In this document: positions 22,967-35,060 of the stretch, one piece after another
Position numbering within the stretch: position 1 is the first letter of the stretch
Layout of the letters: every line of letters starts with the position of its first letter
Source: Octopus sinensis
Taxonomy: Eukaryota
Assembly: GCF_006345805.1 (NCBI RefSeq)
Contig: NW_021835545.1
Span: 1 to 40,687, forward strand
Reading direction: 5' to 3'
DNA length: 40,687 nt
The notes under the pieces: model-generated
Database searches by the model: none
What the model was told of the DNA's origin: nothing
Seen by the model: the letters and a program-made list of their open reading frames with translations, nothing else
Translations under genes and position numbers: made by a program

Positions 22967-23010
<44 letters not shown>
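22775..23010. repeat. (TG)n/(CT)n/(TA)n compound microsatellite
   Basis: Direct reading. Confidence 0.95.
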
Positions 23011-23284
23011 AAATTAAAATCTTCGGATTTTTTTTTAAATATGCAAGGCCACTGGTTTTAATTGATTAATATCAACTTCTACCTTTATTTAATTTTAAAT
23101 AAAAAATGTTCTCTAGCCGGTAAATTAACTGCTGTAGTTTATTAACTGCAGAGTAATTTCCGATCTCAGGGCGCCAAAGTGAAGGCATTTGAAGGATACA
23201 CATAAATATAATTTGTGGAACTTTATACAATGCTGGATTTCGGTCGAGCGCCCTGTATCTAGTTCTAGAAATTGTATTTCGTAA

Positions 23285-23315
23285 ACGACAGACTATGCTG
23301 ACGATCTTGCAGATG
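23285..23315 (+). mobile_element. Isolated RT catalytic-motif remnant
   Basis: acagactatgctgacgatcttgca translates as TDYADDLA; the flanks are not recognisable. Confidence 0.25.
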
Positions 23316-24444
23316 TTTGCGTATCCATATACATAAATATTAACAAGTGAAACTAATTAGTATATAGGTAATCGTTTTTGATTTCGTATATTTTCATTTG
23401 TCTTGCTTATTTTTACGCTTTGGTTTTTTGCTGAATTTTTTCTTGAGAACACAATCTTCGTGGTAAATGGCGAGTTTGACGTATATTTCTAACATATAGG
23501 CTGTCCACTATTAGTGGTCATTCCTCTAAATTTTGTATATACACCCACATATATATATATATATATATATAGCGGCATACTAAACCAGACAAAATGAATG
23601 TTCGAAGACAATGAGACGTTACTATAATGCCGGTGATAGGAAATTTACTGTCATCTAAATTATTGACCAGTTCAACTACACTTCTTACACACAAGCACAC
23701 AAGTTGTATACATGTATGTGTGCACCTCCTGTGTTTCCACATAACAGCGAAATGCAATTCTATCTGGATTAATAACTAAGATTTAATGTTAACCAATTCC
23801 TCTTGGAAATTAATTAAACCACCGATTCTGAATAAAGTATCTTTCTGCATAAAAAAAAATTAAATACAATATCTAACAAGATTTTCGCATTAGTAAAACC
23901 GATAAAATTATAGGTTTATAGCTGATAAAATTGCCGTTATTAATGGCCTAAGCGTTAATGTTTGTCACGAAGCCGGGGGGAAATCTTGTAATATAAATGG
24001 CTGTACTGTGTACAAGGATGAATGGTTTATGTGAATTCCAGCAGATGAGATAATATCTACGGTTCTCGTCTCTCGCTTGGCACTACTTTCTGCTTAACTT
24101 TACTCCGTTATCTATTTCAGTTTTGTCTTCAGAAATTTGTTATTTAGCTTGGAGTGGCGGCTCAGAATTCATTACGTTCTGATTTCACATCCCAATGTTT
24201 TAACCCGTTGCTTTCCTTACTCCTGTTTTGACGAAAACAAAACACACACACACTCTTACATGCCTAGTCTGATCGATTATACTCTGTATCTCTATTCTTT
24301 GTCCGTTAACTACCAGGAATCACTAGACGGAATGGCAATCTTCAAATGGTGCTTCCTAGTGCAGTGTTTTCAAAAAGACAATTGGATTGATTAGAAAATC
24401 CATTGTAATGATTCATCACCTTGGCCAAACATATTCATAATGTT

Positions 24445-24655
24445 ATATATAGAAATGGGTGTTTCTAAGTTCGGTACATGCCCAGGGAATGTTAGCGCGA
24501 ATGGGTAAGCGTTCACACTGATGCCACTACTTGGTTGGTATTTAATTTTATCAACACCGAAAGGATGAAAGGCAACGATGGCCTCGGTGGTATTTGAGTA
24601 AAAAGCTGAAGTAAATGCTACTAAGCATTTTGTCTGATTCACAAACGATTCTGCA
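24445..24655 (-). mobile_element. tRNA-derived SINE, reverse orientation, diverged
   Basis: tggtattttaattttatcaacaccgaaaggatgaaaggcaac...cctcggtggtatttgagt...taagcatttt...aacgattctgc is the reverse complement of the SINE core and head. Confidence 0.8.
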
Positions 24656-24664
24656 TTTTCGATG

Positions 24665-25400
24665 AAATGTCCGGTCAGACAATGCACTTCCGATTAGCGC
24701 TTCTGAGGATCACTGCGTTTGATTCTTCCAGCAAGTGACAGTACGAATCTGAATTGATGAGTCTGTCTGTGGAAAGAACCACGTAAAGGACAACAGTCGT
24801 TCATCCCAACAATTTGAAAGCATTATCTACTTCAGAGGACGTTCGGCTTTGGAGGTTAATTTTAGTAGTTCGACGCGCTTTAACCATGATTGTTTGCATT
24901 TCACATTGTGACAGACGATAAATCATACGTCCCCTGTCACTATTTTCCTTTAAAAAATGTATGCTTTTCATCACGTTTCTACAAGTGGACATTGATGTGC
25001 GAACCAAACTCACGGCCTTCTGACGTAACCAATTGGAAGCAGATGGTTTTCAAAGTTTGATCCGAGTTTTGGAGGAATATCTGTAATTGTCCCGGTAGGA
25101 TTAGTGTTGTTAGTAATCTCAATTAACCGGTAAGATCGAGGCGCACCGTGAACCGAAAAATTTCCGGATCGAACTCTTGTAAACCACTTCTGGGACACAC
25201 GTCCTTTAACAGTGTCCTCTCTGTGTACAGCGCATATTTTCCTTCAGGTTTCTTCCGCTTTTTTGCCTTTCTTAAAATAGAGAAAAATAGCATGACTTAT
25301 CGATAATGTTCGTTCTACTTTCTTCATGTTCAGAGTGCTCCAAAACACAAAATACAACCTCGTCACCAGTTCGCAAAGAAGGACGTTGACGTGTCAAGTC
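24665..25400 (-). mobile_element. Mariner-family transposase pseudogene (HTH region to mid catalytic domain)
   Basis: KICAVHREDTVKGRVSQKWFTRVRSGNFSV...PRS, then FLK...(TGDE region), and INSDSYCHLLEE. Multiple frameshifts; truncated next to the SINE. Confidence 0.85.
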
Positions 25401-25447
25401 CCTAACGGCTGTGCATGAGCAAAGGACAGACTGAAGTTGGCTACTTC

Positions 25448-25515
25448 AAGATAGATAGATAGATAAATATATGGATAGATGGTTAGATAGATAGATAGAT
25501 AGATACATACATACA

Positions 25516-25549
<34 letters not shown>

Positions 25550-25620
25550 CATACATACATACATACATACATACATACATGCATCTGAGTATATACATTC
25601 ATACATACATTCATACGTAG
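25448..25620. repeat. (GATA)n/(CATA)n microsatellite
   Basis: Direct reading. Confidence 0.95.
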
Positions 25621-26581
25621 GACAAATTTTTATGGAGTGTCTGTAAAATGTACGAAAACTAATATTAAACAACAAATTTGACATTCTTTTTTATTATTTT
25701 TTAATTATTTTTATTTAAGTTTTATTTAATTTAATTTATTTTATTTTATTTTATTTTATTCTGTTTTTTTATAGTTTTTATGAAATTAGGTTGGGAGATG
25801 CTGGATCACCTCTATAGCATGTGTTAGAGGACTAGATTGTATCCAGTACTTTATTCATTCTAGTCATTTTAACGTTCCCTGAGCCACGGATGTTTAACGT
25901 GAAGGAATGCAACCGGACAGCTGCCTGCAGCTTTTAACATCAACACAAGCACGGCCACGAAAATACATAAACAAAGATTTAATCTTTTCAGTGACACTCC
26001 CGGACAAGTACAAAACTGAGGCTAAACTATAAGCATCGTACAGCAGGACAGAACCCCAAAACACGAGGTTACACATAATAATATTTTAAAATACACGTGT
26101 TTGTAAGCATTGTTTCTGTATACGAATTTTGATACGATCTCTTTGACAAATTACCATCGACACAGTTTTATTGAAGTAATATTATTGTCCGTCAGCCAAT
26201 CGTGTATTCTTGCTGGTAATTCATTCACAGACATACCTGAGATATTGGCATCGTATAAGTTAGAAACATCATTAAATGAAGACAACAATTGGCTTTAGTT
26301 CTGAAATAACTGTTTCTTAACATAAGATCGGTAATTAGACAGAACTAGATAAAATAGAATGGATTGATTAACTTGTTCGACTGCCAAACAGAATTAATGT
26401 TTCAAGAACAAAATATCTGTATTTTCACTGCAGTCATACAGTTATTTAATTTTGCAATTCAGCTGTTCCGCAATTCAGCAATTCTGCAATTCTGTAAATG
26501 CTAGGTAGGATACATGGTAGATATCGTGAAGTAATCTTCGTTTGACATATTAAATTATATGTGTCAATATTATCTTAATTA

Positions 26582-27165
26582 GGGCGGCCAGCTGGCAGAA
26601 TTGTTAGCACACCGGGCGAAATGCTTAGCAGTATTTCGTCTGTCGCTACGTTCTGAGTTCAAATTCGGCCGTGGTCGACTTTGCCTTTCATCCTTGCGGG
26701 GTTGATTAAATAAGTAACAGTTACGCACTTGGGTCGGTGTAATCGACTTAATCCGTTTGTCTGTCCTTGTTTGTCCCTCTGTGTGTAACCCCTTGTGGGC
26801 AGTAAAGAAATAGGTATTTCGCCTGACGCTAAGTTCTGAGTTCAAATTCCGCCGAGGTCGACTTTGCCTTTCATCCTTTCGGGGTCGATTAAATAAGTAC
26901 CAGTTACGCACTGGGGTCGACGTAATCGACTTAATCCGTTTGTCTGTCCTTGTTTGTCCGCACTGTGTTTAGCTCCTTGTGGGTAGTAAAGAAATAGGTA
27001 TTTCGTCTGCCGTTACGTTGTGAGTTCAAATTCCGCCGGGGTCGACATTCGCTTTCATCCTTTCGGATGTCGATAAATTAAGTACCAGTTGTGTTACGGG
27101 GTCGATCTAATCGACTGGCCCCTTCCACAAAATTTTCTGGCCTTGTGCCTAGAGTAGAAAAGAAT
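26582..27165 (+). mobile_element. tRNA-derived SINE, trimeric array
   Basis: Single head at 26582; B-box-like gagttcaaatt at 26655, 26838 and 27022 (periods 183 and 184). The third unit carries the alternative tail ggccttgtgcctagagtagaaaag. Confidence 0.92.
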
Positions 27166-27409
27166 ATCATCTTAATTACGCTCAAATATCTTCAACCTAA
27201 TGACAAAAGTATTTTTGAAGGGGTACATTATTTGCGTATCTGACTATGTGTCGTTATACTTGAGCCTGTGGGTGAATGAGTGTGTACTCGCTTTTGTGTA
27301 CAGTACTTTAGTTTATATCAGCTTCTCTCACGGTTATATTGGATAGGAACATTAACATAATAACCACAGTTTAACGATGGTTTATCGACATCTCACAACG
27401 CGTAATTAC

Positions 27410-27795
<386 letters not shown>

Positions 27796-27899
27796 TCGTT
27801 CTGTGATAGAAAATTCAACATGTACTCAATCTGGTGAGTGATAAATATTTATTTACTATTTAAACGGTGCACTACATGCATTTAAGCGCTGCTAATGGT

Positions 27900-28750
27900 T
27901 TCATGTGTTGAGAAACGTTCAAACGTTCTTCAGTCGCAACTTCTCTCGAAATTTATAAATTCTTATGATGTCTATATACAGAATGAGTATATAGGGACAA
28001 ATTATCCATACTGGTACTCTAAGCACTCTGAAGTATATTCCAGATTCAGACAAACCACATCAAGTAGTAAGAGGTATTCAAAAACCGTTGAGGGAAAACA
28101 ATTCCACTTTAATTCTTTGATTGGTAAATTCGAGTTCGCTTTGTTAGATTATGTATATTTTCTGGAGTGTAAATTCAAAACGATTACAAAGTCTGGTACA
28201 TCTTCAAATTGTTTCTTTAATCTAACAGTTAAATATACAGCATAATATGTTAGTAAAAATGACCGACACGTGTTTCTGTTGCATGAGGCATATGCAGTTG
28301 TGTGTGCAACGCACAATATCATGCTATGAACCTTCACTCAATATCATGCTATGAATCTTCACACAAGCATAGTCAGAAGTGCCACAGCGTATCCTTTCCA
28401 TCTGTGGTGCAACACGAAAAATTCTGATTCCTGAAAAATAGTTAAAATAAATATTATATCAAAATTGTTTATTGAACTAGAACGTTTTTTCTTCCCGATG
28501 GCATGTAAATCACGCAGACACGTTTCCTAGGCCCAGTTTAGCAGCAGAGATTCTAAGGTATCTAGATACATACGGGCCATTTACAAATAGTAGGTTAACT
28601 TTATGATTCGGTTAGAATTGATACAAAAATATTGCAACAAGCCCCGTCCACACTGCGCCGATGAGTCTTTATCAAATATTATTCTCACAGCTTCCTCTAC
28701 TTCGTCTCTAATAACTCTGAATAAATCCATATAAAAAGAGCTCTGAGGTA
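27900..28750 (-). mobile_element. Ancient CR1/L2-like LINE RT remnant
   Basis: Collinear and correctly spaced minus-strand peptides: EVEEAVRII..KDSSAQ (cf. EV..AI..PGPDG), AIGKKKRSSSINNF (cf. PIYKKG..NY), VYL...KQFEDVP (cf. YLDF.KAFD.VP), FTNQRIKV..LNG, and RVPVWIICPYILILYID (cf. GVPQGS.LGP.LF..Y.D). Confidence 0.55.
28314..28363. repeat. 25-bp tandem duplication
   Basis: caatatcatgctatgaaccttcact / caatatcatgctatgaatcttcaca. Confidence 0.9.
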
Positions 28751-29370
28751 ACCAGAAAAATATACTCTTTGCGGATTTCCTTTGTTGTGAAACTAATCTT
28801 ATACATTCGTGTATTTAATTATGGAAAACTTATTATTATCGGGTTATATACAGGTCTGTAATATATTTAATTTCTAATTCTTATCTTACTGATAATATAA
28901 TTTAATTTGATTTTAGTTTACAATATTGCAATGCAGCATCACATTATAGGATCTTAAACCACAAACGTGTTTATATAGTATAATCGATAATGCCATTAAT
29001 GTCCTTTAAGGTTTTATTATAAATTCAATTATCAACTTTAATGATTTTAAATCGATAGATTAAAGATAATATTGCTAGGCCTGTACTGCCATAACGTAAA
29101 ATGTATACTAATTCAATATGAAAGGTTCCAATCAGGCAACAATAACAGGTTCTTTGTTTCCCTTAAATGTCCGAGGCCTCATGCGCGCAACGCCGGAGGT
29201 ATCAGTGGGGACCGATCATCTGCCCACATTGATTATGGCGCTGTCCTTTGTCCACGCGTGTTTTTCTGTATTTTATAATATAATTAAATTCTAACTCTAA
29301 TATATTTTCTGCATTTTCAACATCATCTATTCTATTTTTATGATTGTTTCTATTAATAAAACTTATATAT

Positions 29371-29427
<57 letters not shown>

Positions 29428-30532
29428 GCATATTAGGAACGCTAGAGAGAGAGGGAGAGAGGAATAAAGGGAGAGAGAATAGATAATACATAAAATATCT
29501 TAGAATATGAATAATTCACTAGTAATGGCGGGAAGCGAGCAGGTGAAACAGTCGGTTGGAGATAAGAAAACTTTCCAAGATGAGCAACAGAATAAATTAT
29601 CGTTTACAGACTGCTCAACTTTGAACTGTAGTAAAATGAGAGGAATCGTCAAAAGTTGTAAAGCTTGGAACATACTTAAGTAGAAGTGTAGAAAATCGGT
29701 GACGATAAACAGGAAGAGACAAGGTTAACACAAATAATTGAAAGAAGTTAGAAGGAAAAATAAAAAAGAAATTTATTAGACGGCTACACGTTTAAAAGTT
29801 TCTGATAGGAAGAAGCACAAACACTGTCATCTTCAAAAGATACAGGTTTATACGTGTAAATGTGTGTGTGTGTGAGTGAGTGAGTGTGTTGCCTATGGTA
29901 ATAAGGATGTCACAGTATTCTCATACATGTACGCATGTATATTTAATCTAATATATATCTATATATGATATATCTACTATGTGTCATACATACACACATG
30001 TATAGCTATATAAACATGTGTGCGTATACATGATATATATATATATAATTAATCAAAGGACATATTGGTAAGTCAACCTGCTTGAAATAACAGTGAAAAC
30101 TCTTATTATTAAATCGCCGAAAAATTCACCGGTGAAAAATTACAGAAATCAAACGAAGACAAAATCAGGTTAGGATAATCTACATAATATATATCAATAT
30201 ATCAATATATATATATATATATATATATATATTCGTAACGACTTTATCATATTTTCCCCTTTAAGCTAACACTACTCCTATTTTTTAATTCCATGAGGAT
30301 ATCTCTAGCTGGATAACGATACACAGCTGCATCCGATGAAATTACGACCGATATATATATAAATATATATTGCGTGTAGAAACGAGCTGTTAACATTTCT
30401 AGCAGATGAGGTGTCCTGTTCTGAAGAGTGGCAGAAATAGCCTCACACCAGGACTGGTCTATTGGTCCCTCTAATCTGTGTTGATCTCTTTCAGATAAGA
30501 TAAGGCTACTGATGACTCTGGTAAACAATTAG

Positions 30533-30563
<31 letters not shown>

Positions 30564-30696
30564 TATAAATATATATATATGTGTGTGGTGTGTGTGTGTG
30601 TGTGTGTGGTGTGTGTGCGTGTGTGGTGTGTGTGTGTGTGTATGTGTAAGTTTTTATGCATGTATGTATATTTATAAACATTCCGAATGTTCACCG

Positions 30697-30824
30697 AATG
30701 TACATTCAATACATCAAACATATAGATATATAAAAATATATAGAATAAGTGGTATATGAAAAATGTGCATATAAAAATATATAAATATACAGAGATATAT
30801 ATTAAAAATATATTATATATATAC

Positions 30825-30857
<33 letters not shown>

Positions 30858-30880
30858 ATATATATATATATGTGTATATA

Positions 30881-30931
<51 letters not shown>

Positions 30932-30996
30932 CATATATCGGTCGATTTACAGAATATAAAACGAAGTCATAAAAAGAGTTAAGAATGTATAGGGTG
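30697..30996 (+). repeat. Left arm of an inverted repeat flanking the Penelope-like element (interrupted by a TA expansion)
   Basis: Aligns to the reverse complement of 32180-32375, e.g. tacattcaatacatcaaaca/tatattcaatacatcaagca and aaaacgaagtcataaaaagagttaagaatgtatagg/aaaatgaagtcataacaagaattaagaatttatagg. Confidence 0.85.
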
Positions 30997-32180
30997 AGAT
31001 TTTTGGATATTTACCAATCCAGTGAATAAACCTACGGCCGTTTCTGGAGGTCTGGATGTCCTGTCATATAAAATATATTTTGATCCATTATAGGACACCA
31101 CCCCCTTCATCAGGGAAAATACGTTTATAAAAAAGGCTCTCGTTTCCTGCACTTTTCAAATGGGAATTATCTTCTGAGATTTTTATAGAACTATATGCAA
31201 AAGACCAGAGAGTGGAAGGGATTTGAGTAGTTGGAGGAGGAGCTGCATGATAAGATAAGGCTACTGATGACTCTATAGGTGGAGGAGGGGAGTGTTGTAT
31301 TATTTTTCAGAAAAGTTTCAATTGATGTGAAGGTTGGTACTCACCTCTGACCAGAATCCTAATGCATAAATGTTGAGTAAATCCTATGTTTGCAAGAGTA
31401 GACAGCGTCGGAAAATTTATTTAATATCGAGGAGTTGCGTAGCCGGAGAATAATTAAAGACTCTCTTGAGCATAGCTTGATTTTGCCTATTTTCTAATAT
31501 AAGGAGCTTCTTTCATTATGGACCAAGCCAGTGTATATTCTATGTTTTGGGATTTAAGATAATGTATGTGTGTGGATAATGATGTCGAGAATTTATATTT
31601 TATATTAGTGAAAGAATTTTAATGAACTCGATATCGCTGTCTAAAATTTATTGTGCTACTTATGTTGGTCTTAGCTTGGTGTATACTTGGTGTTCTACAA
31701 GACATTTATAAACTAGATTTTTATGCAGACAGTGGACTCCAAGCGGGCATGTATTAGGTATACGACAATTACAGTTATTATTTATGTGTTCTACCATTTA
31801 TATTGGTTTTGCTGTATAAATTCTTTGAACTAATATAGGATGCTGTGCAAGGGTTCGGGTGTGTATAAGTCTGAAGCTGAATTTTATATCTATTAATAGA
31901 GGCTATTGTATTTCCGAAATCTGGTATGCCGCAGTAAGACAATTTGACTGACGATTTGTTAAAGATATAGTGATATCTATGATGATGCGTAAAGTTTGAT
32001 TACAAAATTTTTAAAAAATGATTTAGGTAAAGATTTAACCTGTTGAGAAAAGTGTGGTGCGTACAAAAGGATTTCTCGTTTTCTAGTCTTATAATATGCT
32101 GCTATATTGGATCGCTCATGAAGAGAAGATTAATAATTGCTATAAATTCTGGGTGACTTGTGGTGTGATTTTTGGGGTCT
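30997..32180 (-). mobile_element. Penelope-like element (Neptune-type): RT C-terminal region, GIY-YIG endonuclease and 3' pLTR region; decayed
   Basis: HRYHYIFNKSSVKLSYCGIPDFGNTIASIN; CNCRIPNTCPLGVHCLHKNLVYKC; KTNISSTINFRQRYRVH; STSLSTHIHYLKSQNIEYTLAWSI; SCKHR near the ORF end at about 31360. Stops and frameshifts. Confidence 0.9.
31026..31128 (-). ncRNA. Type-I hammerhead ribozyme motif in the Penelope 3' region
   Basis: CC-CUGAUGA-A-GGGGGU/GGUGUCCU...AGGACAUC/ACCUCC-A-GAA-ACGGCCGU-A-GG. Perfect 8-nt palindromic helix III and GUA triplet. Helix I is CC/GG plus an 8-nt bulge plus AUAAA/UUUAU. Confidence 0.7.
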
Positions 32181-32375
32181 TAACCTATAAATTCTTAATT
32201 CTTGTTATGACTTCATTTTATAATCAATAACTCGACGTGTATATGTATTTATTTTTTCACTACATTTTTAATGTCTATATCAGTATATTTATATATTTTA
32301 TATGTATATTTTTAATATATTGATTATCCTATATACTTTTATATATCTATTGCTTGATGTATTGAATATACTTTC
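32180..32375 (-). repeat. Right arm of the inverted repeat flanking the Penelope-like element
   Basis: See 30697-30996; roughly 80 percent identity by eye. Confidence 0.85.
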
Positions 32376-33349
32376 GAGAAATCCATGCCTGTTGGGTCAA
32401 GGGCTGAAAAAATATATTTGTATATGAGATTTGCCTAACTTTGATTCTTCTACATTATTCTAACGCCTAAGGTTTAATATCTTGAACACTTCAAAGAGAA
32501 TTCTGTGCAGCGGAGAAAATCATTTTCCTTATAATCATATCTGTATAGCACACATGTAGCACACATGTAGCACACATGTAGGTGAATGTTTGTGAGCTGA
32601 GTATGCATGTGTTTCATACTTCAACAATATCAGCCGTTTACTTTATCTTCTCTCATCTCTGTGGGTTGTTTGATTTTTAATTGTTGTATTCTATCTAATG
32701 ATATTTATTCGTCTCTTCAGACATCTCCAATTTTCATGAGATTTCATAGCAAACTAGACTGATAAACATTCTTTGTTCTTATTATTTCAAAAGCAATTTA
32801 TAAATCTATTTATTTCTATTCTTTATGGTGGAATCGAACACAAGATCGACATACCAGACAGACTTTTGTGGTTTGAGCATAGATTCTGGCATGTTTACTT
32901 TCTTAGATTGCACTTTCAAATTAATATATATCGTTTTCTTTTTTTTTTGTTTCAGTTAATAGGTTGCGGCCAATCTGGTGCACAAGCTTCATATATTATT
33001 GTTGAATTAATCCACTCCAGTAGTGGTGCTTATTCCCGCTACCTTACGTAAACAGATAGGCACCAGTTGTGAAGCAGGGGTGGAGGACAACCTCACAAAC
33101 ACACACACCCCACCACACCCCACCAATATATATATATCTATTATTATATATATATATATATATATATATGTCATACATCATATATATATTATATATATAC
33201 ATATATATTACATTCATTCATACAAATATATATACATACATGTGTCCTCCGTACACGTTGAGTATATTCTATATACTTGATACCGAAGAGAGACAATATG
33301 CTGGAGACTTTATTTATGACAACGAACGTCTTGGCATAATTCAGCACTG

Positions 33350-33422
33350 GTCACTAGAGGGTGAGGAACAATGTAACCAATTTCAATGCACTCCACTGTG
33401 GAGAAATACCTCGTCAGGTGAC
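33350..33422 (-). ncRNA. Weak or degenerate hammerhead-like motif
   Basis: GUCAC-CUGACGA-(imperfect stem with CUCCA/UGGAG)-GAAA...CUA-GUGAC. Helix I is a perfect 5 bp; helix III pairs poorly. Confidence 0.3.
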
Positions 33423-33629
33423 GAACATGATTACAAGTTATATAAGTCACACACTCTATCACACACACACACATCTATCTATCTATCTATCTATCTAACT
33501 ATATATATATATAAAATTTAAAAATAGGATGAAATCTTCATAAGAAATTATCAAGTAGTTAGCGTGAAAAACCTCATAAGAGAAAATCTGTAAATTTTTT
33601 CACTTGAAAATATTTATTTATATTATATA

Positions 33630-34210
33630 GAGGGCATTATTACACATAAATGCCGCACGCTAGGAGGGACTTTTAAATTCAAAACTACCAAAATAAACAT
33701 ATTGTACCGAATGCAACTTTCAAATCAAGTCATTTAAAAACAGAATTTAGCAGCAGATCACCAGTGATTTCGCAATCAACGGATTGTCTGCGTCCCTTGC
33801 TCGTCAGTATAGCGAATTCAAGATGTATAATGAATGAACAAAATCAACATACCAGACGAACAACTATCGTATCCACCGTAGCATATAGAACTGTTCACCC
33901 CTTATATATCTATGTAAATGGCGGGCTTTTTCGAATTACATTTCGGTACCTACGTGCTTCCTCGGAACAAAAATTCAGTATTGGATTATCCGGTGAAAAA
34001 TATAATTTAAAATTTAAAAATAGGATAAAATCTTCATAAGAAAGGGACGCAGACAATGCGTTGATTGCGAAATCACTGATGATCTGCAGCTAATATCTAT
34101 TTTTAAATGACTTGCTTTGAGAGCTGCATTCGGTACGATATGTTTATTTTGGTAGTTTTGACTTTAAACGTCCCTCCTAGCATGCGGCATTTATGTGTAA
34201 TAATGCCCTG
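33630..34210. mobile_element. 581-bp foldback element with about 170-bp inverted arms, TA-flanked; MITE-like or inverted Penelope pLTR pair
   Basis: 33630-33798 is the reverse complement of 34042-34210 at high identity, e.g. agggcattattacacataaatgccgc / gcggcatttatgtgtaataatgccct. TA at both ends. Confidence 0.9.
33750..33813 (-). ncRNA. Type-I hammerhead ribozyme motif overlapping the left arm of the foldback element
   Basis: GCUAUA-CUGACGA-GCAA(21 nt)UUGC-GAA-AUCAC-UG-GUGAU-C-UGCUGC. Intact core, helix II 4 bp, self-complementary 12-nt helix III, AUC triplet. Helix I is 4/6 here and 5/6 using the right-arm variant UGCAGC. Confidence 0.7.
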
Positions 34211-34258
<48 letters not shown>

Positions 34259-34273
34259 ATATATATATATATA

Positions 34274-34403
34274 CGTTAGGCTTCTTTCAATTTCCGGCAC
34301 TAAATCCCCCACAAGGCACTTGCTCAAGTTTCTAAATGGTTCACTGGAACCCGGAACTATGAAGTTGGGAAGCAAATGTCTTAACACACGGCAACGCCTG
34401 CGC
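34274..34403 (-). mobile_element. OR-like tRNA-derived SINE, reverse orientation
   Basis: ggcttctttcaatttccg...ggaacccggaactatgaagttgggaagcaa...acacacggcaacgcctgcgcc is the reverse complement of the 9959 family. Confidence 0.75.
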
Positions 34404-34679
34404 CAATTAGAATTGTAATAAAATGGCTAACAAACGAGTTGAGTCGTATTCTGTTAATGTTGGTCAACAGTCACCCTCTCATATCCATCCCTTACCTCCA
34501 AAATGCAAACGTCACCGACCCGAGTCCACTACTCACTAACGCAAATCAGAGATCCTGTGATAGCATCTCTGCTTCTTTCTCATTCAAACAGCTAGGTATG
34601 AATATCTGATATATATCCCTGGCTGTTATATAGGTAATCTGGGACAGGTGAGCGGAATTACTGTGACACGTGTGCGCAC

Positions 34680-34812
34680 ACCACACACACACACATACAC
34701 ATACAGACACACATATGCAAACACGGCTACGCGCATACACACGAAAATACATTAGTATATATGTATCTCTACATGTATAAATATACATAAATGTATAATA
34801 TACACATGTATA

Positions 34813-34844
<32 letters not shown>

Positions 34845-35060
34845 CCATAATACATATAATATACATATATACATATACATACATAATACATACATGCATA
34901 CATACATACATATATACATACATCCATATATATATATATGCATACATATTATATACATACACACACGCACATGTATATATAACATGCATGCATAATGCAT
35001 TATATATATATATATAGATATTATATATATATATATTATAATATGCATATCATTAATATA
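34680..35060. repeat. (CA)/(TA)/(CATA) compound microsatellite
   Basis: Direct reading. Confidence 0.9.

Noticed and set aside
26582-27165. CRISPR-like or satellite array of about 184-bp units
   Set aside because: The units are SINE bodies without unique spacers; eukaryotic context and no cas genes.
27895-28245. 116-aa non-repetitive plus-strand ORF
   Set aside because: It lies antisense to CR1/L2-like RT motifs and is best explained as a shadow frame.
30125-30136. Perfect palindrome TTCACCGGTGAA
   Set aside because: One 12-bp palindrome in 40 kb is expected by chance.
30509-30515. Plus-strand CTGATGA (also at 31264 and about 40294) as a hammerhead core
   Set aside because: No helix II followed by GAAA, and no helix I partner.
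32773-33521. ORFs of 92, 85 and 150 aa and a tttcag acceptor near 32955
   Set aside because: The ORFs run through TA microsatellite, show no family similarity and give no consistent exon chain.
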